64,000 nt of DNA from Eledone cirrhosa (Eukaryota). Shown in pieces: positions 25,984 to 39,286 of this stretch; positions within the stretch are counted from its first letter, which is position 1; each line of letters opens with the position of its first letter. The notes beneath the pieces were generated by a model that saw nothing but the letters and a program-made list of their open reading frames with translations, made no database searches and was not told the origin of the DNA. Location of the stretch: assembly GCA_964016885.1 (NCBI GenBank), contig OZ024745.1, forward strand, positions 18,228,001 to 18,292,000. The letters run 5' to 3'. A program made the position numbers and the translations under genes.

Positions 25984-28900
25984 CCATGGTGGTGTGTGTT
26001 GGCACACTGCTAGTTAGCCTAAGTGCAATAACTTCCCCTAACACCATGGTGGTGTGTGTTGGCACACTGCTAGTTCGTCTGAGTGCAATAACCTTCCCCT
26101 AACACCATGGTGGTGTGTGTTGGCACACTGCTAGTTCGGCTAAGTACAATAACTTTCCCCTAGTACCATGGTGGTGTGTGTTGGCACACTGCTAGTTCGT
26201 CTAAGTGCAATAACCTTCCCCTAACACCATGGTGGTGTGTGTTGGCACACTGCTAGTTCGGCTAAGTGCAATAACATTCCCCTAGTACCATGTTGTTGTG
26301 TGTTGGCACACTGCTAGTTCGTCTGAGTGCAATAACCTTCCCCTAACACCATGGTGGTGTGTGTTGGCACACTGCTAGTTCGGCTAAGTGCAATAACCTT
26401 CCCCTAACACCATGGTGGTGTGTGTTGGCACACTGCTAGTTCGGCTAAGTACAATAACTTTCCCCTAGTACCATGGTGGTGTGTGTTGGCACACTGCTAG
26501 TTCGTCTAAGTGCAATAACCTTCCCCTAACACCATGGTGGTGTGTGTTGGCACACTGCTAGTTCGGCTAAGTGCAATAACATTCCCCTAGTACCATGTTG
26601 TTGTGTGTTGGCACACTGCTAGTTCGTCTGAGTGCAATAACCTTCCCCTAACACCATGGTGGTGTGTGTTGGCACACTGCTAGTTCGGCTAAGTGCAATA
26701 ACCTTCCCCTAACACCATGGTGGTGTGTGTTGGCACACTGCTAGTTCGGCTAAGTGCAATAACCTTCCCCTAACACCATGGTGGTGTGTGTTGGCACACT
26801 GCTAGTTCGTCTGAGTACAATAACCTTCCCCTAACACCATGGTGGTGTGTGTTGGCACACTGCTAGTTCGGCTAAGTGCAATAACCTTCCCCTAACACCA
26901 TGGTGGTGTGTGTTGGCATACTGCTAGTTCGGCTAAGTGCAATAACCTTCCCCTAACACCATGGTGGTGTGTGTTGGCACACTGCTAGTTCGGCTAAGTG
27001 CAATAACCTTCCCCTAACACCATCGTGGTGTGTGTTGGCACACTACTAGTTCGTCTAAGTGCAATAACCTTCCCCTAACACCATGGTGGTGTGTGTTGGC
27101 ACACTGCTAGTTCGTCTAAGTGCAATAACCTTCCCCTAACACCATGGTGGTGTGTGTTGGCACACTGCTAGTTCGTCTAAGTGCAATAACCTTCCCCTAG
27201 TACCATGGTGGTGTGTGTTGGCACACTGCTAGTTCGTCTGAGTGCAATAACCTTCCCCTAACACCATGGTGGTGTGTGTTGGCACACTGCTAGTTCGTCT
27301 GAGTGCAATAACATTCCCCTAGTACCATGTTGTTGTGTGTTGGCACACTGCTAGTTCGTCTGAGTACATTAACTGTTCCCTAGTCCCATGGTGGCGTGTG
27401 TTGGCACACTGCTAGTTCGTCTGAGTGCAATAACCTTCGCCTAGCACCATGGTGGTGTGTGTTGGCACACTGCTAGTTCGTCTAAGTGCAATAACTTCCC
27501 CTAACACCATGGTGGTGTGTGTTGGCACACTGCTAGTTCGGCTAAGTGCAATAACCTTCCCCTAACACCATGGTGGTGTGTGTTGGCACACTGCTAGTTC
27601 GTCTAAGTGCAATAACCTTCCCCTAACACCATGGTGGTGTGTGTTGGCACACTGCTAGTTCGTCTAAGTGCAATAACCTTCCCCTAGTACCATGGTGGTG
27701 TGTGTTGGCACACTGCTAGTTCGTCTAAGTGCAATAACCTTCCCCTAGAACCATGGTGGTGTGTGTTGGCACACTGCTAGTTCGTCTAAGTGCAATAACC
27801 TTCCCCTAGCACCATGGTGGTGTGTGTTGGCACACTGCTACTTCGTCTGAGTACAATAACTTTTCCATAGTCCCATGGTGGCGTGTGTTGGCACACTGCT
27901 AGTTCATCTAAGTGCAATAACCTTCGCCTAGCACCATGGTGGTGTGTGTTGGCACACTGCTAGTTCGTCTAAGTGCAATAACTTCCCCTAATACCATGGT
28001 GGTGTGTGTTGGCACACTGCTAGTTCGTCAAAGTGCAATAACCTTCCCCTAACACCATGGTGGTGTGTGTTGGCACACTGCTAGTTCGTCTAAGTGCAAT
28101 AACCTTCCCCTAACACCATGGTGGTGTGTGTGGGCACACTTCTAGTTCGTCTAAGTGCAATAACTTCCCCTAATACCATGGTGGTGTATGTTGGCACACG
28201 GCTAGTTCGTCTGAGTGCAATAACCTTCGCCTAGCACCATGGTGGTGTGTGTTGGCATACTGCTAGTTCGTCTAAGTGCAATAACCTTCGCCTAACACCA
28301 TGGTGGTGTGTGTTGGCACACTGCTAGTTCGTCTGAGTGCAATAACCTTCCCCTAACACCATGGTGGTGTGTGTTGGCACAGGGCTAGTTCGTCTGAGTG
28401 CAATAACCTTCCCCTAACACCATGTTGGTGTGTGTTGGCACACTGCTAGTTCGTCTGAGTGCAATAACCTTCCCCTAGTACCATGGTGGTGTGTGTGGGC
28501 ACACTTCTAGTTCGTCTAAGTGCAATAACTTCCCCTAACACCATGGTGGTGTGTGTTGGCACACTGCTAGTTCGTCTAAGTGCAATAACCTTCCCCTAGT
28601 GCCATGGTGGTGTGTGTTGGCACACTGCTAGTTCGTCTAAGTGCAATAACCTTCGCCTAGCACCATGGTGGTGTGTGTTGGCACACTGCTAGTTCGTCTA
28701 AGTGCAATAACCTTCCCCTAACACCATGGTGGTGTGTGTTGGCACACGGCTAGTTCGTCTGAGTGCAATAACCTTCCCCTAGAACCATGGTGGTGTGTGT
28801 GGGCACACTTCTAGCTCGTCTAAGTGCAATAACTTCCCCTAGTACCATGGTGGTGTGTGTTGGCACACTGCTAGTTCGTCTAAGTGCAATAACCTTCGCC

Positions 28901-30246
28901 TAACACCATGGTGGTGTGTGTTGGCACACTGCTAGTTCGTCTAAGTGCAATAACCTTCCCCTAGTACCATGGTGGTGTGTGTTGTCACACGGCTAGTTCG
29001 TCTAAGTGCAATAACCTTCCCCTAACACCATGGTGGTGTGTGTTGGCACACTGCTAGTTCGGCTAAGTGCAATAACCTTCCCCTAATACCATGGTGGTGT
29101 GTGTTGGCACACTGCTAGTTCGTCTAAGTGCAATAACCTTCCCCTAACACCATGGTGGTGTGTGTTGGCACACGGCTTGTTCGTCTGAGCGCAATAACTT
29201 TCCCCTAGCACCATGGTGGTGTGTGTTGGCACACGGCTAGTTCGTCTGAGCGCAATAACTTTCTCCTAGTACCATGGTGGTGTGTGTTGGCACACTGCTA
29301 GTTCGTCTAAGTGCAATAACCTTCCCCTAACACCATGGTGGTGTGTGTGGGCACACTGCTAGTTCGGCTAAGTTCAATAACCTTCCCCTAACACCATGGT
29401 GGCGTGTGTTGGCACACTGCTAGTTCGGCTAAGTGCAATAACCTTCCTCTAACACCATGGTGGTGTGTGTTGGCACACTGCTAGTTCGTCTAAGTGCAAT
29501 AACCTTCCCCTAACACCATGGTGGTGTGTGTGGGCACACTGCTAGTTCGGCTAAGTTCAATAACCTTCCCCTAACACCATGGTGGTGTGTGTTGGCACAC
29601 TGCTAGTTCGGCTAAGTGCAATAACCTTCCCCTAGTACCATGGTGGCGTGTGTTGGCACACTGCTAGTTCGTCTAAGTGGAATAACCTTCCCCTAGTCCC
29701 ATGGTGGCGTGTGTTGGCACACTGCTACTTCGTCTAAGTGCAATAACCTTCGCCTAACACCATGGTGGTGTGTGTTGGCACACTGCTAGTTCGTCTAAGT
29801 GCAATAACTTCCCCTAGTACCATGGTGGTGTGTGTTGGCACACTGCTAGTTCGTCTAAGTGCAATAACCTTCGCCTAACACCATGGTGGTGTGTGTTGGC
29901 ACACTGCTAGTTCATCTAAGTGCAATAACCTTCCCCTAGTACCATGGTGGTGTGTGTTGTCACACGGCTAGTTCGTCTAAGTGCAATAACCTTCCCCTAA
30001 TACCATGGTGGTGTGTGTTGGCACACTGCTAGTTCGTCTGAGCGCAATAACTTTCCCCTAGTCCCATGGTGGTGTGTGTTGGCACACTGCTAGTTCGTCT
30101 AAGTGCAATAACCTTCCCCTAACACCATGGTGGTGTGTGTGGGCACACTGCTAGTTCGTCTAAGTGCAATAACCTTCCCCTAGTACGATGGTGGTGTGTG
30201 TTGGCACACTGCTAGTTCGGCTAAGTGCAATAACCTTCCCCTAACA

Positions 30247-30978
30247 CCATGGTGGTGTGTGTGGGCACACTGCTAGTTCGTCTAAGTGCAATAACCTTCC
30301 CCTAACACCATGGTGGTGTGTGTGGGCACACTGCTAGTTCGTCTAAGTGCAATAACCTTCCCCTAACACCATGGTGGTGTGTGTGGGCACACTGCTAGTT
30401 CGGCTAAGTGCAATAACCTTCCCCTAACACCATGGTGGTGTGTGTGGGCACACTGCTAGTTCGTCTAAGTGCAATAACCTTCCCCTAACACCATGGTGGT
30501 GTGTGTGGGCACACTGCTAGTTCGTCTAAGTGCAATAACCTTCCCCTAACACCATGGTGGTGTGTGTGGGCACACTGCTAGTTCGGCTAAGTGCAATAAC
30601 CTTCCCCTAACACCATGGTGGTGTGTGTGGGCACACTGCTAGTTCGTCTAAGTGCAATAACCTTCCCCTAACACCATGGTGATGTGTGTGGGCACACTGC
30701 TAGTTCGTCTAAGTGCAATAACCTTCCCCTAACACCATGGTGGTGTGTGTGGGCACACTGCTAGTTCGGCTAAGTGCAATAACCTTCCCCTAACACCATG
30801 GTGGTGTGTGTGGGCACACTGCTAGTTCGTCTAAGTGCAATAACCTTCCCCTAACACCATGGTGGTGTGTGTGGGCACACTGCTAGTTCGTCTAAGTGCA
30901 ATAACCTTCCCCTAACACCATGGTGGTGTGTGTGGGCACACTGCTAGTTCGGCTAAGTGCAATAACCTTCCCCTAACA
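30247..30978. repeat. Local 183-bp trimer x4 (12 consecutive GTGTGTGGGC monomers)
   Basis: All 12 monomers carry the minority TGGG allele. The CGTC/CGTC/CGGC pattern repeats four times, with one private substitution (GATGTG at ~30681). Confidence 0.92.
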
Positions 30979-32862
30979 CCATGGTGGTGTGTGTTGGCAC
31001 ACTGCTAGTTCGTCTAAGTGCAATAACCTTCCCCTAACACCATGGTGGCGTGTGTTGGCACACTGCTAGTTCGTCTAAGTGCAATAACCCTCCCCTAGTC
31101 CCATGGTGGCGTGTGTTGGCACACTGCTAGTTCGTCTAAGTGCAATAACTTCCCCTAACACCATGGTGGTGTGTGTGGGCACACGGCTAGTTCGTCTAAG
31201 TGCAATAACCTTCCCCTAGTACCATGGTGGTGTGTGTTGGCACACTGCTAGTTCGTCTAAGTGCAATAACTTCCCCTAACACCATGGTGGTGTGTGTTGG
31301 CACACGGCTAGTTCGTCTGAGTGCAATAACCTTCCCCTAGTACCATGGTGGTGTGTGTTGGCACACAGCTAGTTCGTCTGAGTGCAATAACCTTCCCCTA
31401 ATACCATGGTGGTGTGTGTTGGCACACTGCTACTTCGTCTAAGTGCAATAACCTTCCCCTAACACCATGGTGGTGTGTGTTGGCACACTGCTAGTTCGGC
31501 TAAGTGCAATAACCTTCCCCTAACACCATGGTGGTGTGTGTTGGCACACTGCTAGTTCGGCTATGTGCAATAAACTTCCCCTAACACCATGGTGGTGTGT
31601 GTTGGCACACTGCTAGTTCGGCTAAGTGCAATAACCTTCCCCTAACACCATGGTGGTGTGTGTTGGCACACTGCTAGTTCGTCTGAGTGCAATAACCTTC
31701 CCCTAACACCATGGTGGTGTGTGTTGGCACACTGCTAGTTCGGCTAAGTGCAATAACCTTCCCCTAACACCATGGTGGTGTGTGTTGGCACACTGCTAGT
31801 TAGCCTAAGTGCAATAACTTCCCCTAACACCATGGTGGTGTGTGTTGGCACACTGCTAGTTCGTCTGAGTGCAATAACCTTCCCCTAACACCATGGTGGT
31901 GTGTGTTGGCACACTGCTAGTTCGGCTAAGTACAATAACTTTCCCCTAGTACCATGGTGGTGTGTGTTGGCACACTGCTAGTTCGTCTAAGTGCAATAAC
32001 CTTCCCCTAACACCATGGTGGTGTGTGTTGGCACACTGCTAGTTCGGCTAAGTGCAATAACCTTCCCCTAACACCATGGTGGTGTTTGTTGGCACACTGC
32101 TAGTTCGTCTAAGTGCAATAACCTTCCCCTAGTACCATGGTGGTGTGTGTTAGCACACTGCTAGTTCGTCTGAGTGCAATAACCTTCCCCTAACACCATG
32201 GTGGTGTGTGTTGGCACACTGCTAGTTCGTCTAAGTGCAATAACCTTCCCCTAGTACCATGGTGGTGTGTGTTGGCACACTGCTAGTTCGTCTGAGTGCA
32301 ATAACCTTCCCCTAACACCATGGTGGTGTGTGTTGGCACACTGCTTGTTCGTCTGAGTGCAATAACATTCCCCTAGTACCATGGTGGTGTGTGTTGGCAC
32401 ACTGCTAGTTCGTCTGAGTACAATAACTTTTCCCTAGTCCCATGGTGGCGTGTGTTGGCACACTGCTAGTTCGTCTGAGTGCAATAACCTTCGCCTAGCA
32501 CCATGGTGGTGTGTGTTGGCACACTGCTAGTTCGTCTAAGTGCAATAACTTCCCCTAACACCATGGTGGTGTGTGTTGGCACACTGCTAGTTCGTCTAAG
32601 TGCAATAACCTTCCCCTAACACCATGGTGGTGTGTGTTGGCACACTGCTAGTTCGTCTAAGTGCAATAACCTTCGCCTAGCACCATGGTGGTGTGTGTTG
32701 GCACACTGCTAGTTCGTCTAAGTGCAATAACCTTCGCCGAGCAACATGGTGGTGTGTGTTGGCACACTGCTAGTTCGTCTGAGTGCAATAACCTTCCCCT
32801 AACACCATGGTGGTGTGTGTTGGCACACTGCTAGTTCGTCTGAGTGCAATAACTTCCCCTAA

Positions 32863-35800
32863 CACCATGGTGGTGTGTGTTGGCACACTGCTAGTTCGTC
32901 TGAGTGCAATAACTTCCCCTAACACCATGGTGGTGTGTGTTGTCACACTGCTAGTTCGTCTGAGTGCAATAACCTTCCCCTAGAACCATGGTGGTGTGTG
33001 TGGGCACACTTCTAGTTCGTCTAAGTGCAATAACCTTCCCCTAACACCATGGTGGTGTGTGTTGGCACACTGCTAGTTCGGCTAAGTGCAATAACCTTCC
33101 CCTAACACCATGGTGGTGTGTGTTGGCACACTGCTAGTTCGTCTAAGTGCAATAACCTTCCCCTAACACCATGGTGGTGTGTGTTGGCACACTGCTAGTT
33201 CGTCTAAGTGCAATAACCTTCCCCTAGTACCATGGTGGTGTGTGTTGGCACACTGCTAGTTCGTCTAAGTGCAATAACCTTCCCCTAGAACCATGGTGGT
33301 GTGTGTTGGCACACTGCTAGTTCGTCTAAGTGCAATAACCTTCCCCTAGCACCATGGTGGTGTGTGTTGGCACACTGCTACTTCGTCTGAGTACAATAAC
33401 TTTTCCATAGTCCCATGGTGGCGTGTGTTGGCACACTGCTAGTTCATCTAAGTGCAATAACCTTCGCCTAGCACCATGGTGGTGTGTGTTGGCACACTGC
33501 TAGTTCGTCTAAGTGCAATAACTTCCCCTAATACCATGGTGGTGTGTGTTGGCACACTGCTAGTTCGTCAAAGCGCAATAACCTTCCCCTAACACCATGG
33601 TGGTGTGTGTTGGCACACTGCTAGTTCGTCTAAGTGCAATAACCTTCCCCTAACACCATGGTGGTGTGTGTGGGCACACTTCTAGTTCGTCTAAGTGCAA
33701 TAACTTCCCCTAATACCATGGTGGTGTATGTTGGCAAACGGCTAGTTCGTCTGAGTGCAATAACCTTCGCCTAGCACCATGGTGGTGTGTGTTGGCATAC
33801 TGCTAGTTCGTCTAAGTGCAATAACCTTCGCCTAGCACCATGGTGGTGTGTGTTGGCACACTGCTAGTTCGTCTGAGTGCAATAACCTTCCCCTAACACC
33901 ATGGTGGTGTGTGTTGGCACAGGGCTAGTTCGTCTGAGTGCAATAACCTTCCCCTAACACCATGTTGGTGTGTGTTGGCACACTGCTAGTTCGTCTGAGT
34001 GCAATAACCTTCCCCTAGTACCATGGTGGTGTGTGTTGGCACACTGCTAGTTCGTCTGAGTGCAATAACCTTCCCCTAGAACCATGGTGGTGTGTGTGGG
34101 CACACTTCTAGTTCGTCTAAGTGCAATAACTTCCCCTAACACCATGGTGGTGTGTGTTGGCACACTGCTAGTTCGTCTAAGTGCAATAACCTTCCCCTAG
34201 TGCCATGGTGGTGTGTGCTGGCACACTGCTAGTTCGTCTAAGTGCAATAACTTCCCCTAACACCATGGTGGTGTGTGTTGGCACACTGCTAGTTCGTCTA
34301 AGTGCAACAACCTTCGCCTAACACCATGGTGGTGTGTGTTGGCACACTGCTAGTTCGTCTAAGTGCAATAACCTTCCCCTAGTACCATGGTGGTGTGTGT
34401 TGTCACACGGCTAGTTCGTCTAAGTGCAATAACCTTCCCCTAATACCATGGTGGTGTGTGTTGGCACACGGCTTGTTCGTCTGAGCGCAATAACTTTCCC
34501 CTAGTACCATGGTGGTGTGTGTTGGCACACAGCTAGTTCGTCTGAGTGCAATAACCTTCCCCTAATACCATGGTGGTGTGTGTTGGCACACTGCTACTTC
34601 GTCTAAGTGCAATAACCTTCCCCTAACACCATGGTGGTGTGTGTTGGCACACTGCTAGTTCGGCTAAGTGCAATAACCTTCCCCTAACACCATGGTGGTG
34701 TGTGTTGGCACACTGCTAGTTCGGCTATGTGCAATAAACTTCCCCTAACACCATGGTGGTGTGTGTTGGCACACTGCTAGTTCGGCTAAGTGCATTAACC
34801 TTCCCCTAACACCATGGTGGTGTGTGTTGGCACACTGCTAGTTCGTCTGAGTGCAATAACCTTCCCCTAACACCATGGTGGTGTGTGTTGGCACACTGCT
34901 AGTTCGGCTAAGTGCAATAACCTTCCCCTAACACCATGGTGGTGTGTGTTGGCACACTGCTAGTTCGCCTAAGTGCAATAACTTCCCCTAACACCATGGT
35001 GGTGTGTGTTGGCACACTGCTAGTTCGTCTGAGTGCAATAACCTTCCCCTAACACCATGGTGGTGTGTGTTGGCACACTGCTAGTTCGGCTAAGTACAAT
35101 AACTTTCCCCTAGTACCATGGTGGTGTGTGTTGGCACACTGCTAGTTCGTCTAAGTGCAATAACCTTCCCCTAACACCATGGTGGTGTGTGTTGGCACAC
35201 TGCTAGTTTGGCTAAGTGCAATAACCTTCCCCTAACACCATGGTGGTGTTTGTTGGCACACTGCTAGTTCGTCTAAGTGCAATAACCTTCCCCTAGTACC
35301 ATGGTGGTGTGTGTTAGCACACTGCTAGTTCGTCTGAGTGCAATAACCTTCCCCTAACACCATGGTGGTGTGTGTTGGCACACTGCTAGTTCGTCTAAGT
35401 GCAATAACCTTCGCCTAGCACCATGGTGGTGTGTGTTGGCATTCTGCTAGTTCGTGTAAGTGCAATAACCTTCCCCTAGTACCATGGTGGTGTGTGTTGG
35501 CACACTGCTAGTTCGTCTAAGTGCAATAACCTTCGCCTAGCACCATGGTGGTGTGTGTTGGCACACTGCTAGTTCGTCTGAGTGCAATAACCTTCCCCTA
35601 ACACCATGGTGGTGTGTGTTGGCACAGGGCTAGTTCGTCTGAGTGCAATAACCTTCCCCTAACACCATGTTGGTGTGTGTTGGCACACTGCTAATTCGTC
35701 TGAGTGCAATAACCTTCGCCTAACACCATGGTGGTGTGTGTTGGCACACTGCTAGTTCGTCTAAGTGCAATAACTTCCCCTAACACCATGTTGTTGTGTG

Positions 35801-38800
35801 TTGGCACACTGCTAGTTCGTCTAAGTGCAATAACCTTCCCCTAGTACCATGGTGGTGTGTGTTGGCACACTGCTAGTTCGTCTGAGTGCAATAACCTTCC
35901 CCTAGAACCATGGTGGTGTGTGTGGGCACACTGCTAGTTCGTCTAAGTGCAATAACTTCCCCTAACACCATGGTGGTGTGTGTTGGCACACTGCTAGTTC
36001 GTCTAAGTGCAATAACCTTCCCCTAGTGCCATGGTGGTGTGTGTTGGCACACTGCTAGTTCGTCTAAGTGCAATAACCTTCGCCTAGCACCATGGTGGTG
36101 TGTGTTGGCACACTGCTAGTTCGTCTGAGTGCAATAACTTCCCCTAACACCATGGTGGTGTGTGTTGTCACACTGCTAGTTCGTCTGAGTGCAATAACCT
36201 TCCCCTAGAACCATGGTGGTGTGTGTGGGCACACTTCTAGTTCGTCTAAGTGCAATAACCTTCCCCTAACACCATGGTGGTGTGTGTTGGCACACTGCTA
36301 GTTCGGCTAAGTGCAATAACCTTCCCCTAACACCATGGTGGTGTGTGTTGGCACACTGCTAGTTCGTCTAAGTGCAATAACCTTCCCCTAACACCATGGT
36401 GGTGTGTGTTGGCACACTGCTAGTTCGTCTAAGTGCGATAACCTTCCCCTAGTACCATGGTGGTGTGTGTTGGCACACTGCTAGTTCGTCTAAGTGCAAT
36501 AACCTTCCCCTAGAACCATGGTGGTGTGTGTTGGCACACTGCTAGTTCGTCTAAGTGCAATAACCTTCCCCTAGCACCATGGTGGTGTGTGTTGGCACAC
36601 TGCTACTTCGTCTGAGTACAATAACTTTTCCATAGTCCCATGGTGGCGTGTGTTGGCACACTGCTAGTTCATCTAAGTGCAATAACCTTCGCCTAGCACC
36701 ATGGTGGTGTGTGTTGGCACACTGCTAGTTCGTCTAAGTGCAATAACTTCCCCTAATACCATGGTGGTGTGTGTTGGCACACTGCTAGTTCGTCAAAGCG
36801 CAATAACCTTCCCCTAACACCATGGTGGTGTGTGTTGGCACACTGCTAGTTCGTCTAAGTGCAATAACCTTCCCCTAACACCATGGTGGTGTGTGTGGGC
36901 ACACTTCTAGTTCGTCTAAGTGCAATAACTTCCCCTAATACCATGATGGTGTATGTTGGCAAACGGCTAGTTCGTCTGAGTGCAATAACCTTCGCCTAGC
37001 ACCATGGTGGTGTGTGTTGGCATACTGCTAGTTCGTCTAAGTGCAATAACCTTCGCCTAGCACCATGGTGGTGTGTGTTGGCACACTGCTAGTTCGTCTG
37101 AGTGCAATAACCTTCCCCTAACACCATGGTGGTGTGTGTTGGCACAGGGCTAGTTCGTCTGAGTGCAATAACCTTCCCCTAACACCATGTTGGTGTGTGT
37201 TGGCACACTGCTAGTTCGTCTGAGTGCAATAACCTTCCCCTAGTACCATGGTGGTGTGTGTTGGCACACTGCTAGTTCGTCTGAGTGCAATAACCTTCCC
37301 CTAGAACCATGGTGGTGTGTGTGGGCACACTTCTAGTTCGTCTAAGTGCAATAACTTCCCCTAACACCATGGTGGTGTGTGTTGGCACACTGCTAGTTCG
37401 TCTAAGTGCAATAACCTTCCCCTAGTGCCATGGTGGTGTGTGCTGGCACACTGCTAGTTCGTCTAAGTGCAATAACTTCCCCTAACACCATGGTGGTGTG
37501 TGTTGGCACACTGCTAGTTCGTCTAAGTGCAATAACCTTCGCCTAACACCATGGTGGTGTGTGTTGGCACACTGCTAGTTCGTCTAAGTGCAATAACCTT
37601 CCCCTAGTACCATGGTGGTGTGTGTTGTCACACGGCTAGTTCGTCTAAGTGCAATAACCTTCCCCTAATACCATGGTGGTGTGTGTTGGCACACGGCTTG
37701 TTCGTCTGAGCGCAATAACTTTCCCCTAGTACCATGGTGGTGTGTGTTGGCACACAGCTAGTTCGTCTGAGTGCAATAACCTTCCCCTAATACCATGGTG
37801 GTGTGTGTTGGCACACTGCTACTTCGTCTAAGTGCAATAACCTTCCCCTAACACCATGGTGGTGTGTGTTGGCACACTGCTAGTTCGGCTATGTGCAATA
37901 AACTTCCCCTAACACCATGGTGGTGTGTGTTGGCACACTGCTAGTTCGGCTAAGTGCATTAACCTTCCCCTAACACCATGGTGGTGTGTGTTGGCACACT
38001 GCTAGTTCGTCTGAGTGCAATAACCTTCCCCTAACACCATGGTGGTGTGTGTTGGCACACTGCTAGTTCGGCTAAGTGCAATAACCTTCCCCTAACACCA
38101 TGGTGGTGTGTGTTGGCACATTGCTAGTTCGCCTAAGTGCAATAACTTCCCCTAACACCATGGTGGTGTGTGTTGGCACACTGCTAGTTCGTCTGAGTGC
38201 AATAACCTTCCCCTAACACCATGGTGGTGTGTGTTGGCACACTGCTAGTTCGGCTAAGTACAATAACTTTCCCCTAGTACCATGGTGGTGTGTGTTGGCA
38301 CACTGCTAGTTCGTCTAAGTGCAATAACCTTCCCCTAACACCATGGTGGTGTGTGTTGGCACACTGCTAGTTTGGCTAAGTGCAATAACCTTCCCCTAAC
38401 ACCATGGTGGTGTTTGTTGGCACACTGCTAGTTCGTCTAAGTGCAATAACCTTCCCCTAGTACCATGGTGGTGTGTGTTAGCACACTGCTAGTTCGTCTG
38501 AGTGCAATAACCTTCCCCTAACACCATGGTGGTGTGTGTTGGCACACTGCTAGTTCGTCTAAGTGCAATAACCTTCGCCTAGCACCATGGTGGTGTGTGT
38601 TGGCATTCTGCTAGTTCGTGTAAGTGCAATAACCTTCCCCTAGTACCATGGTGGTGTGTGTTGGCACACTGCTAGTTCGTCTAAGTGCAATAACCTTCGC
38701 CTAGCACCATGGTGGTGTGTGTTGGCACACTGCTAGTTCGTCTGAGTGCAATAACCTTCCCCTAACACCATGGTGGTGTGTGTTGGCACAGGGCTAGTTC

Positions 38801-39286
38801 GTCTGAGTGCAATAACCTTCCCCTAACACCATGTTGGTGTGTGTTGGCACACTGCTAATTCGTCTGAGTGCAATAACCTTCGCCTAACACCATGGTGGTG
38901 TGTGTTGGCACACTGCTAGTTCGTCTAAGTGCAATAACTTCCCCTAACACCATGGTGGTGTGTGTTGGCACACTGCTAGTTCGTCTAAGTGCAATAACCT
39001 TCCCCTAGTACCATGGTGGTGTGTGTTGGCACACTGCTAGTTCGTCTGAGTGCAATAACCTTCCCCTAGAACCATGGTGGTGTGTGTGGGCACACTGCTA
39101 GTTCGTCTAAGTGCAATAACTTCCCCTAACACCATGGTGGTGTGTGTTGGCACACTGCTAGTTCGTCTAAGTGCAATAACCTTCCCCTAGTGCCATGGTG
39201 GTGTGTGTTGGCACACTGCTAGTTCGTCTAAGTGCAATAACCTTCGCCTAGCACCATGGTGGTGTGTGTTGGCACACTGCTAGTTC
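32863..39286. repeat. Tandem higher-order duplication, 3225-bp period (53 monomers; 3164 after loss of one monomer): 32863-36122 repeated at 36088-39286
   Basis: TGTCACACTG at 32941/36166, CGTCAAAGCG at 33566/36791, GGCAAACGG (first A at 33736/36961), and ATTCTG at 35441/38605. Confidence 0.9.
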
